From Azolla caroliniana (lineage: Eukaryota; Plantae; Polypodiophyta): a DNA stretch of 64,000 nucleotides. The stretch lies in the NCBI GenBank assembly GCA_043228905.1, contig JBHGNT010000003.1, forward strand, positions 9,672,001 to 9,736,000. Direction: 5' to 3'. Under the pieces are notes generated by a model. That model did no database searches, was not told the DNA's origin, and worked only from the letters and a program-made list of their open reading frames with translations. The position numbers and the translations under genes were made by a program. Below, in pieces: positions 52,401 to 64,000 of this stretch. Positions within the stretch are counted from its first letter, which is position 1; each line of letters begins with the position of its first letter.

Positions 52401-53454
52401 GGCACCACAAGACGCAGGCCAATCACTACGTGTTTGTGAAGAAGTTCGAAGGAGGCGACTTCCTGATACTCCTTCTGTACATGGATGACATGTTGATCGT
52501 CGGACGGGACCAAGCCAGAATACGGATGCTGAAGAAGGCTCTCAACCGAACTTTCACAATGAAAGACTTGGGTCCGGCAAGACAGATGTTGTGGATGCAC
52601 ATCATCCGGGACCGGTCAAAGAAGCAATTGTGGTTGTCACAGGAGAAATATGTGACAAAGGTGCTTCAGCGGTTCAACATGTTAGAAGCAAAACCGGTCG
52701 GATCGACACTCTCGGTAAACTGCAGACTATCCAGTAAGCAAAGCCCGAAGACGAAAGCAGAGAAGGCTGATATGATGAAGGTTCCATATTCCTCTACCGT
52801 CGGGAGCTTGATGTACGCAATGGTGTGTACTCGACCAGATATTGGATACCCAGTCGGAGTGGTAAGCCAGTTTATGAGCAATCCCGGCAAGGAGCACTGG
52901 AACGCGGTCAAATGGATACTCTGGTACTTGAAGGGCACTTCGAACATGTGTCTCCGATTCGGCTCCAGTAAACCTCAACTTGACGGTTTTACCGATTTGG
53001 ACATGTTGACTGATGTGGATACCAGTCAATCTATATCCGGGTATGTAATGACATATGCATGGGGAGTTGTTTCCTGGCAGTCGAGGCTGCAGAAGACGGT
53101 TGCGTTGTCAACCAGGAGGCGGAGTACATGGCAGTTGTGGAAGCCGGCAAGGAAATATTATGGATGAAGGACTTCATCGGAGAGCTCGGTATCCGGCAAG
53201 ATGAATACCGGCTCTATTGCGATAGTCAAAGTGCCATCCACCTTGCTAAGAACGCAGCGTACCATTCCAGGACGAAGCACATCCAGTGTAGGTATCACTG
53301 GATCCGGGAGCGACTAGAAGATCGAGAGTTCGCGCTAACGAAGATCCACTCGGCCGAGAACGGGTCAGATATGCTGACCAAAGTACTAATACCCGACAAA
53401 CTGGATGCATGTCGGAAGCGGATCGGACTAGTGCGACATCCTAAGCCGGAGTGA
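49433..53454 (+). pseudogene. Copia gag-pol polyprotein (few stops, one frameshift near 53110)
   Basis: CFYCGKSGHFQKNC, WVVDSGASFH, LWHKRLCH, VHTDVC, RADNGGEY, QLDVKTAFLHG, LYMDDML, RTKHIQ. Confidence 0.93.
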
Positions 53455-53881
53455 AGGGGGAGTTTGTTAGGAAACAGGTCCCTCCTGATGGGAAGTGAGA
53501 AGAACAAAGTTGATGAGCAAACTCGTTCGAGGCCGAAACCGCATGTGGTGTACCCGGCAACGGAAGACCCAATGAGAACCGGATGTGGAGTACCCGGCAA
53601 CGGAAGACCCGGTGAGAACCGAATGTGGAGTACCCGGCTACGGAAGACCCGGTGAGAACCGGATGACGAGTACCCGGCAAGAGCCGGATGGTGAAGGCCC
53701 GGTGAGAAGTGCTCACCGGATGAAGGGACATATTCGTAAATATGTTTTCTAAGAGTCCATCGGGGCTATATTTGTAAATAGCCGAAAAGTCATATTAGTA
53801 TAAATATGACTTAGGGTAAACTTAGTGAAAGCGAAGTCGTCATTCTTGTTGGTGCAAGATTTGAGTGCGTAACTCTGTACA

Positions 53882-53933
<52 letters not shown>

Positions 53934-54444
53934 GAGGTCGTTGCCTCTGTTGTAACCGCCGCCTATGGCGAAGATAGCAAGCTCGAGGTTGTTGCCTCGG
54001 TGCTTTACTATTGTACATTGTGATATAGTCATAGTTTGCAGTCTGTGGGCTGCCGTGGTTTTTCCCTAGTTTGGGTTTTCCACGTAAACATCCTATGTAC
54101 TCTTCTCTTCACTGTGTCGTGCGTACATTACCCGTTTTCTATGTTTGATTCTAGGCTCGGTTGTGGCCGAGCATTGTTCATCGGGAGCATGTATTCCTGA
54201 CAGTAGCTACATAAATAGAATCTAGTTAGAGTGTTGACTATAAAAGCTTAAATGAGATTTTGTTCCTTGTACTTAAGTGGGATACTTTCAAGATCACCCA
54301 CTACCAAGTTCATTTAATATAGGACTTACACCCTTGTATCTATGTTTTCCTCACACATGTGCATTGTGCACCCTTGCACATGAGATGTATATATAACTCA
54401 TTGTGGGTGTAAAGAATCGGTAGTGATTTTGTGTAACGGAAGAG

Positions 54445-54446
<2 letters not shown>

Positions 54447-54521
<75 letters not shown>
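54447..54521. repeat. Compound (GT)n(GA)n microsatellite in the LTR (shorter at 59540-59575)
   Basis: Seen directly. Confidence 0.9.
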
Positions 54522-54522
<1 letters not shown>

Positions 54523-55318
54523 TATAGATTATATTATCGTCTCCGGTGATCAAATATGACCTATGAGACCAAAAATATTACATTTCACGTGATACGTATG
54601 AAAGTGAGTAGCGACTCTCACTGTTCAAGAACTTAACTTATGAATGTTGCAATCGAGAGTGCACATTGTGGTTGTGAGATAAATTTGTGCAAGGATTGGG
54701 CTCGGTCGAAGAGATGTGGAAAGCATGGTCGAATATGATCAAAGGCAGTGCATTGTATCAAAGTGTGATACTTAGACTCTCGAACTTGTTTAGAGCAAAG
54801 TGTGCATAGTTGGTCACTCTCGTCACTTATGCTCCAATGCCCCATCTCACATCGCAATGCATGTGAGCTAAGTCGCATGGAAGCAATGGTTCGAATGGCA
54901 GATAACGAGATGGGCTCTAACATGTATCGATGTGTACGGTTTCCCCGTTCCGTGAAGAATATGGTTTTGTAGTTAGGTGCAACATGTGTAGTATAATGTG
55001 TGAAGAGTGAGCCTCCACATTTGTCCCATGTCATGATATATTGGCGTTGCAAAAAGGGCTCATTTACTGAGGAATCTAGTGATGCATCATGAAGCAAGCA
55101 ACTTGCATCCCATCTACCAAACCATTTTTCTATATCTTGCATCCAACCGGAACACAAAATTTTGCTTTTATGCATCTTTTGGATATTTTTGCTTGCTTCC
55201 CATGCAATTCTAGGAAGTCAATGTGAGGGACTTTTTTGAACCTTAAGCATGTATTCAACAACCCTTTCCATGGCCATGATCTCAATGGGAAGTAATCCCG
55301 TCTCAAGGAGGAGGGGGT
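54522..55318 (-). mobile_element. 5'-truncated RTE-like LINE inserted at the LTR microsatellite
   Basis: ORF 54633-55175: MRLSSHALRCEMGHW..LCTLC..ESKYHTLIQC; absent from the sister LTR. Confidence 0.78.
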
Positions 55319-57291
55319 ATTAACAAGAAGTAAAAATGAACCAACGATTACAAAAAGAAGGACAAGGTACTTATGTAGTCACCTTCTCTCTAAGCTCTAG
55401 AACCGCCTCTTCAGAAAGAGGTTGAATCTTAACTATTTATGAAATATGTGTCATGGGACTTAAAGTTCTACGACACACTAGTTACTATATACTAGGAGGT
55501 GGGTTGTTCACACGCTTGAGATACTAAGGTGTGTTCCCACACTAGGGAAGTTGATTTTGATTCTCAACACGCCCCCTCAAACACCACTTCTGGTCAGCGG
55601 ATAGTTGGTTCGAATTGGTCTGGTTTCGGCTTTGGTTGTGGATGGTCGGCTCACTCCTGTATTCGTTTTGCTCCATTCGACTTCGTGTGGGATGACTCCT
55701 TATCCTTACTCCCCCTCAAGCTCGGTTCGTTGTGAACTACTACAGCTTCTCAGCTCCCATGGCCTTCATGAAGATGTCGTCTATTTGCATATTCATACTG
55801 ACGTGTTGCAAGTCGACATCTCCGGCCATGACACGCACTCGGATGAAGTGATAATGCCCTCAATGTGGTTGGTCCGAGTGTGAAAGACTAGATTCCAAGC
55901 TAGATGAATGCTACTCATATTGTCGCAATAAAGGAGAATCGGATCCATGATGGGAGCGCCTAGATCCTTCATGATTCTTTTCAACCAAACAACTTCGTAT
56001 GTGGCAACTATCATGCCCTTGTATATTTGCTTCGGTGCTCGACAATGCGAATGTCGGCTGCTTCTTGCTGCTCCAAGATATGGCTCCGCTGCCGAGGGAG
56101 AAGACAAAGCCTGATGTGGATCATCTGGCGGCTTCGTGGCCAGCCCAGTTGGCATTGGTGTACCCTTCAAGTCGAATCGGTGTGGCTGATTTGTAGAGGA
56201 CGTTGTAATCCATGGTTCCACTCACATAGCGTAACACTCGCTTAGCACAGTCCATGTGAATGTTTTGTGGTGTTTGCATAAACTAGCTAAGGAGGCTGAC
56301 CGGGTAACTGAGGTTAGGTCAAGTAATGGTGAGGTAGATTAGGCTTCCAACTAGCTGACGATAAAAAGTTGGCTCACTCTCTTCTGTGCCAGAATCAACA
56401 TCTAGTTTTAGATTTTGATTGAGAGAGGTAGCAACATGCTTACACTCAGTCATCCAAACTTGTAAAGGAGGTCATGATGGCATCTAGAGTACAAATGACT
56501 TCTATTCCTGGGAAGTAATGGAGCTCCTTCATGTCTTTCATTTCGAGTCAGCCAAAGAGAAGCTTTTTGATGTTCTCATCTGCTAGGTGCTCTCCTCCAA
56601 CAACCAAGTCATCCACATATATTATGATAAATACCTATCCTCTAGAGTCGCTCCAAATGTACAGGGAATTGTCATACTTGGACATTTTGAAGCCCTTTCG
56701 ACTGCATTCCTTTGAGATTCTGGAGATTGATGTGGCCTATCCTTTTGTGCCACAACTCTATATCGATGTTGGCTCCATGGCCCTTGGTAAACATTGCCGA
56801 ATTTATCTCGTGATAATCGAGAATGAACATCCGCCCTTCTCTTCGACCGCGAGCAATAATTCGGCCTTCCTATTCTATGAAGCATCCTCCGTCGTTGAAC
56901 CAAACTTGCATGCCCTATTCCACAATCTGGTCGACAGAGACCACATCCTTCATTATTGTCGGAACATGCAAGACGTTCTTGATGTAGGTATGGTTGTCCT
57001 CTCTGCCGAATGGGACATTGTTGACATGCTGAATGGGGTGAATTGTGTCATCCCCAGTTTCCACATAGCTGGATCGTTCGGGCTTTCGTAGCTCTCAGAA
57101 CCAATCTTTATGGGACGCCATGTGATTGGATACACCCGAGTCGACAAACCATACATCTTCTGAGTTGGAGGTGTTGGTCGGGTTGGAGGCCATCACTGAG
57201 TTCGCTCTATGCCTCATTACAAACATTCTGCCACGATTGTTGCAGTCGGAGTTGAGGTGTAGTTGGTGAGTTGTCGGCTTGTGGAGGCCGA

Positions 57292-58179
57292 TGACTTCTT
57301 CTATTATGAGAGGGTAAATAGTTGAGGTTGACCCAAGACACGGCACAAACAGTAGCGCAAGTGAGAAACCCACGCGATCCCCACCAAGAAAGTGAGCGGT
57401 TGTGACCCCCACCGAAACTAGAAGGTGAGCGATCAAAATCGGTCCTCGCCTACAGAAAGTGGCGCGAGACTTGAACTATAACGAAAATGCAGTGCAAGCG
57501 AGCAATGATTCGATCCCCACCAGGAAAGTGAGCAACTGTAACCCCTACTGGAACTGGGAAGGTGAGTGATCGATAGCACTCCTCACCCAAACCGTGATGC
57601 GAAATGATACCTTAAAATGATGACAAGTAGTGTTGATGACGACGATGGTTGGGCGAAGAGGTGGTGCTCCCAATTGGAGGGGATTCAAACTGTCACAAAC
57701 ACACCAAGTGCGAACTAGGACGGAGCAAAGATGATGGGGCTACGAGCGACAGATGAACTTGGAGCTAGATGTGACGAGGCTAGGAACTCTAGATGTTGTG
57801 AGCAGTATGAAGACATAAATAAAGATCAAGGAGACAAAGATGAGGCGAAACGAGAATACTATATTGATGTGTCAATGACTAGTGTTGAATCCCCTAAAAG
57901 GGACCAAGGAGGTTACAAGTATTTATACAATTTTCGAGATTGAATATCTCTAGAATATACTCAATAAATATCTTGAGAATATGCCCATTTAGAATATACC
58001 AAAGAATAATTCTAGAATATACTAACGATTAGAATATTCTTGAATATACTATACTAGACTCTACTATATATACAAGTTCACAATCGAATATGGACAGTTC
58101 ACAAGAGTTTTCATATGGTTAACACAACACAATGTATTGCGTGTGTTAAAAGTCAGAGGTTCGAGTCTAGAATGTGACA
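57292..58179 (-). mobile_element. Truncated gypsy-like element, second self-priming family: LTR 57691-58179 plus leader
   Basis: TGTCACA..TGTGACA LTR; TSD GCCGA/ACCGA splitting copia B gag (KKSES|ASTSRQ); internal ~60-bp direct repeat at ~57376 and ~57512. Confidence 0.7.
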
Positions 58180-58392
58180 ACCGACTCACTCTTCTTCCTT
58201 TGACATTGTGCCTCGCAGTGACCAAATTTGCCACAATATCTGCACTGTGCAGAGTTGTTTTGACGGCTAGGTTCAGCATGATTGCTCCATCTTCTACCAT
58301 ACGCTCTGCCTCGCACGTTTGCAGCATCTTGCTAGTAGAAGAAGTTGTCCTCATGGGACTGCCTTTGGTTGTTTCGACCTTTGCGTGATTGG

Positions 58393-58705
58393 TGTCGAAT
58401 ACGGGTGTCTAATGCCCGTATACACACTATCCCTTGGATATTTCTGTAAATATGTCAAAGGGCAGTTGCCCTAGCCTAGTTAGTATATAACGGGCTTTGT
58501 AACCTAGCTCATAAGGTTGTTGCCTCCATTTGTTGTAACTCATATTTCGAATAATACAGTTACATCTTGTGTGCCTCTCTGTCTATCGATCTCTCTTGTT
58601 TCTCTCGCACGCTTTCTCTCTTATCTTGTTATATCTTGCTAACTTGGTGATCTTCATCTCAAGGTGTTGTTTATGTTTCCGCACTAATGGTCTCAGTCTC
58701 CAACA
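58393..58705 (+). mobile_element. Solo LTR (313 bp)
   Basis: TGTCG..CAACA; perfect TSD ATTGG; TATATAA near 58485. Confidence 0.85.
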
Positions 58706-59539
58706 ATTGGCCCCTTCTTCAATGGTCTTCCCCTCTTCCTCGTGTAGAGCATTTGTCCATCTGATTCGTTGTCTCTTGTTTGGACGTGGTTTTCTTCTAC
58801 CGGTAGTGTCGATTGGAGATCAAAGGAGGGAGGATTCTCCCTCGTGAGGACTGTCAATCGTATGGCGCTGAATCGAGGTCCTAGGCCTCCGAGGCATATC
58901 TGCACCATTTCTTCGTCATCAATGTTGACATTGATCGACCCAAGGGAGTCACACAACTCCTTGATCTTCAATGTGTAGCTATCAGTTGACATATCTCTCT
59001 ATTGTATGTTGTTCAACTCTTGTCGGAGTTGAAGCTTTCATGCGATTGTGTTGGCCATGAATATCATTCTGAGGCTCCCCCACACCTCTTTTGGCATTTT
59101 TGCCTCTCGGATGTAGCCGAGCATGTGATCATGGACGCATGATGCAAGGCAATACCGCATGCAATTTGCCGCTTGCTCCCAAGTTGGGTGATCAACATGG
59201 GTTGGGTTGGGTTGATGTTCTTGTGCTCCTTCGACATAACTCCAATAGCCTTGGCCGACAAGGTATTGGTGCATCTTGTACTCCCATGATGCAAAGTTGT
59301 TTCTGTCGAGTTTCTCTATAGGAACAACGCTTCCCATCAGGGTGTTCATGTTGAAAAGACTTGTTTGGAGCTAGTTTTCTTCTGTTGCTTCTCTTTGATA
59401 CGAAATGTGCAAGTTGCTGCTACAGCGGTCAACCAGTTTTCATGAACGTCGGCGTATACACAACACATGAGGATGGGCTTGGATCAAGCTACCAATCGCT
59501 CTGATACCATGTAAAGAATCATGTGTGCAACGGAAGAGA

Positions 59540-59574
<35 letters not shown>

Positions 59575-60279
59575 ACAAAATGTATACAAAAAACAAGAAA
59601 ATTGTATTAACAAGAAGTAAGAATGAACCAACGATTACAAAGAGAAAGAGAAGGTACTTATGTAGTCACCTTCTCTCTAAGTTCTCTCACTAGAACCGCC
59701 TCTTGGGAAAGAGGTGGAGTCTTAACTATTTATGAAATATGTGTCATAGGACTTAAAGTTCTATGAAACACTAGTTACTATATACTAAGAGGTTGGGTGT
59801 TCACACGCTAGAGATACTAAGGTGTGTTCCCACACTAGGGAAGTTGAGTTTGATTCTCAACCGTGGGTATTTTTGTAACTTGACTTGATGCTTATTAATA
59901 TAGAGAAAGGTCTTCTAGCTACACTCTTGCTAATCATCCCCCATTTGCTTTATTGTTCACAAGTATATTTCCTCTCTATCTCTTATTTCACTTCCTTACT
60001 CTCACACACATATATCACCTAGTTTTTCGTTGCTTAATCACATATGTGATTAACCACTCACATAATTAGATAGTAATTAACCCCTTAATTAATTACCTAA
60101 TTATTAACAATTAGAAATTTACCATTTTCTATATTTTTTGTACCAATTACAAACTTATTGTTTACACTTTAACATATATTTCCTTTATCTCTAATGTACA
60201 AGATGGCTTGACATGACTATCTAGCAATACCAACATCATTAGTACCTTCAAATGAAGCAAAATTTGAAGCAAATTTTAT

Positions 60280-60605
60280 AACTTTCAAGATAGAATTCCA
60301 ATGAAGCATATAATAATTTGGGTGTAGATATGGAAGATAATCATGCTATATTTGTTGTACACTCTCATGGTAATCCAATATCTATCACTCTTTCCAAATG
60401 TCACTCCATGGCAAAGTGTCAAAGGGTTTCTTGAAGTCCACAACGTTTTCCCATGAAATCGACTTTCTTCCATAATTACTCTTAATGTAACCAAATGGTT
60501 CACAAGTGAATGTTTAAGTCTAAAACTTGCATGACCAAGTGCTTGCCTGCGATGATGTTTAGCACATGAACTAATCTTTCATTCCTTGATAATGTTATAT
60601 AACTT
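60280..60605 (-). pseudogene. Non-LTR (RTE/CR1-like) reverse transcriptase fragment
   Basis: NYRMIMVSLIMTKLY..., HLVTLRVIMEES..VDFKKPFDT-like motifs. Confidence 0.6.
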
Positions 60606-60699
60606 GGTCATAATCAAGCTAACCATGATCATTCGATAGTTGGATATTAAAGTTGGATCCATCTGATCAACTCAACAATTCTCTCGACAATAATGTACT

Positions 60700-61200
60700 T
60701 GATGAATCATGAAATTGATAACAAAACCTAGCGATTGAGAACATGCTCGATGATTTGCTACATACAATGATGGAACATGGAACATTGTTCCAAAATTGCC
60801 ACATTTGCATTGATCACCGAACAAAAAATACCTTCACGAGACTATTACCCTTGGCCTAGATAAGGTTGTATATTTTTCAACACTCAACCTACATTTACTC
60901 AACTCGTGAGCTTGAGGGGGAGTGAAGTAAAACCAAGCTCGTTGTCCACTTAACGATTAAAAATAATTGTATCTAGTGTTGATTATCATTTATTTGTGCT
61001 TGATTTATATAGTTTATTAGTTTATTATCATTGTATAATTATCCCCTACTTTGCTTATACATTGTCTTTGTTAACCTACTGTATTGTCCATCTATGTCTA
61101 CTCTCAAACACATACACATAATCTACTTGTCTTTATTGCGTATACACTTGATCCTCTATAGAACTACTCTTATGTCCTCACAAGAATCAATAATATTCAC
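60700..61200 (+). mobile_element. Copia 3' remnant (RNase H end, PPT TTGAGGGGGAG, LTR from ~60923)
   Basis: PPT and preceding sequence resemble the 3' ends of copia A/B. Confidence 0.5.
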
Positions 61201-63969
61201 GTGTTAATAATAGAATATGTACTCAAACCACTTCCTTTAGAAAAGTAAGCCAAAATAAAAGATGTTTATAAAAGTTACGCTGATTATTGTTTTTTCTCTT
61301 TTTGAAGAAGCCTAAGGCCCTGCTCTCTTGGCCTTCAACTCTTTCTATGGTTGCAAATAGATAATGTGTTGCTACTTATATTTTAAAAGCATGAAGATGA
61401 TATGTGTACGATTTGGAATCTAGAACACAACTTTATCAAATTTCATTAAACTTATTGTCTCATTTAATTTCTTTTAGAATACGAAAGTATATGCTAATCA
61501 ATTGAACATGTGGATGATATAATAATTTGGCTCACAATATATGGTAATATTAACTTGATGTTATCTAAAGGTTTAATAAAATAATAAGATGCACGAAGTA
61601 GATCTCAATTAAAATTTATCTCATGTTTAATCATTTAAGTTTTCTTCTATTTTCATTGTGCACTTTGTCTTCTATTATCAGGCTAAGAAGAAATAATACA
61701 TTAAAAGGAAATATGATGAGATTTTACAAATTACGAAGGTAGATGGGTCGTATCTCAATCTAAAAACTTTCTCCATGTTGCATAGAGACATTCAACTTCA
61801 AACCTTTTTAGTGTGAATTTTTGTCATTTAGAAACATCAAGGCTTTACGTGGATCGAAATGTGAATAGCCTATCATCCTATGTTGTTGATAATTAGCCTT
61901 TCAACATTTTAGTAATAGTTCAATTGGTTGATTCTATTGTAAGAATGTGTGGCGGCACATTTTTGGTATTTGATGAGGTGCATTATGTCCTTTGAATATA
62001 CAAATGCTTGCATAAAGACGCCGAAAAATCTTGCACACTAGCTTTTTATCCGTTTGTTGCACACTAGCTTTTTTATTGTAATTGACAGGGGCGTTAAAGG
62101 AAAAAAGGGTGAAAGACAATGACTTCTGATTGAGGGATGTTGTGGGCTAAGGTTGTTATAGATAGAAGCCACGTGTCAATGACAAGACATGATTGTAGAA
62201 CATTCTTCTATTTGTAAGTGCATGTGATAAATGATATATAATTGAATCATTCCATGTTTAAATATAGTTATTTTATTGATGTGCTTAGAATCAATCGCAT
62301 GCCGATCAAATGGCTCGAATAATAGTATCATGCATGTGTCCCTCTTTGTTATAATATAATAAACTCAATGCACGATATCACTTTTTCACAATAGCTCAAT
62401 CAAAACTGGTTTAAAAGTGACCCCCTAAAAGGAGGAAGGAAATGCTTCGACATATTTTAAAGATTGTCGTGAACAAACTTTCACACATTGAACATTGAGT
62501 TCATAGTATATTTGTACATCTAAAGTTTCCCCTAAATATATCCATGATAATGGTTTTATGGTCAAAGTCTTGTTCATTCGATTATTTAATTTATATGTTT
62601 TCCTAGCAATGATTTGTTACGCCTCCTACATGATATTCTCACTTATCCTTTCTCCAAATTTCAATTTATGCTTAACATGGTGTACATGATAAAAGGACAT
62701 GAGCGTTGCATCCATAATCACACATGCCAAGGTATTTAATGTTATCTTTTGAATAGGATGACTAGTCACTCAATCAATATACACGTTTCCTTGGTCAATT
62801 GAGACAATTGTTTAATCTCATTTGGTTGGGTAATGATAATATCCATAATCATTTAGACATTGCAACTCTATACATCAGTTTTCGAGGTTGAAGCAATCAT
62901 GTGTACAAACGTTTCGACAACATATATTTCGTAAACTTTCAGATAGAACATGTAGTCTATCAAAAAAAATGAAGATAAAAATTTCTTATTATCGCAAAAT
63001 GAAAGAGAATGAATCATAAAAACCTCAAAGTAATCTTTGCGCATAATCATTACAAGGATGTTGGCAATATCGCAAACTTTATTGGCAATTAAACTTGTTG
63101 TGGAGCAAATTGGCAATTGTAACTGCCATATGTAATGCGGAATTCGTGGTCATCGATATTTTGAAATGAATAATCATGTGTGGTAAGTAAGTTTGATGAC
63201 CAGTCTATAAATGGAATTAAAGAAGAACTTCACAAGAAAAATCAAGAAATGTTATACATATTTCAACGAACAATGCAATGAGGAGCATATAAATGAGTTT
63301 GAAGAGATTGCACTAGTAGAACGATCCAATGACTAGTAATATGATGCTCTATAGAACACTCACATTCCAAGGTTTGTTGCTTAAACATGGCACGACCAAC
63401 ACCTACATTGCATTTTATAGTTGCAAATTTGCCCAAGGCTCTCTTAATCTAGTTTAACATTGATGTTAATATTAAACCTAACATTGAAACCACATGAAAC
63501 TAGATAAAAGTTCAACCCAAAGGCAATCCCATGTAGAAGAAAACCTTTGCGATGATGTTTGTTTCACACCCAATCATCCCCTAATAGCATATTGTCACAC
63601 ATCTCTCTTATGTGTTTTTACCTTCCTTTTTCAACACACTCTGAAGGTGTTTCTATGTAGGCAATCTTGTAAATCGTAATAAGAGATTGACGAGGACGAC
63701 ATTGCATATTGAAGAGTTCAAGAGTTCTTTCTAGTGGTAGATGCGTGCTCAAACTTGGAACTTGAAATCATTACATATCGAAAGGAGAGATTGCATACGA
63801 GAGCAAGAAACAGAAAGGAGAGGAGGGGGGAAGAGATAAAGAGGTAGTGATACTAATGAGAGGGGGAGAGTACATACATACATACATACATACATAGGAG
63901 TTGAAGGGTGATCAAGTGAATGGAAGAAAAGTGAAAGGGGGAGGAGAGAGAGTGTGTTTGGTAGCCTAG

Positions 63970-64000
63970 ATGGATGTAGCTCAGTTGGTAAGGTTGCCCA
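63970..64000 (+). other. Start of a tRNA-like/SINE sequence cut by the window end
   Basis: GGATGTAGCTCAGTTGGTAAGG contains an A box; any B box would lie outside the window. Confidence 0.3.

Larger units (their letters stand above)
48661..54202 (+). mobile_element. GC-rich Tnt1/Tork-like Ty1/copia, full length, inserted in the 3' LTR of copia A
   Basis: LTRs 48661-49402 and 53465-54202 (TG..CA); TSD GTAGC; degenerate iMet PBS TAGTATCAAAGC; PPT GAAGGGGGAG. Confidence 0.95.
54407..59862 (-). mobile_element. Decayed Ty1/copia B (related to copia A), inserted in the 3' LTR of copia A
   Basis: TSD GTGGG; 5' LTR 59510-59862 with iMet PBS (rc 59497-59509); 3' LTR 54407-55569; PPT rc GCCCCCTCAA; gag from 59349 (IEKLDRNNFASW), WFVDSG, RNase H LYCDNMSSIHLA. 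Confidence 0.9.
13984..60109 (+). mobile_element. Outer decayed Ty1/copia element A hosting the whole nest
   Basis: LTR start TGTTGAGATATCAA at 13984 and 48602; 3' LTR split into 48602-48660, 54208-54406, 59868-60109 (ends TAACA); TSD ATTAG 13979-83 / 60110-14; 5' LTR matches for only ~100 bp. Confidence 0.7.

Noticed and set aside
61200-63960. Short ORFs in the AT-rich tail
   Set aside because: No recognisable motifs or exon chain; probably intergenic or old TE debris

Overview
AT-rich eukaryotic (land-plant, probably moss) DNA. The only host gene is the 3' part (7 exons, 952-6952, +) of an acid/triacylglycerol lipase. Most of the rest is one ~46 kb nest of transposons inside a decayed Ty1/copia (13984-60109, TSD ATTAG). 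The nest holds a full-length L1/Tx1-like LINE (18064-36624) with three Ty3/gypsy insertions, a hAT MITE holding a near-complete chromovirus with TG...TA LTRs, a GC-rich Tnt1/Tork-like copia, a second decayed copia, solo LTRs and RTE-like fragments. hAT MITEs with 8-bp TSDs are scattered throughout. Most notable: (1) three Tcn1/sushi-like gypsy copies from two families lack a tRNA PBS and show covarying self-priming complementarity; (2) their LTRs end in an outward-facing tRNA-like A-box/B-box module; (3) one copy has a G_UUA_AAC slippery site plus pseudoknot at gag/pol; (4) the TG...TA chromovirus leader has a ~56-nt-period hairpin repeat-spacer array inside a putative intron; (5) two deletion junctions carry templated filler DNA. 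All calls were made by eye; no database searches were run.
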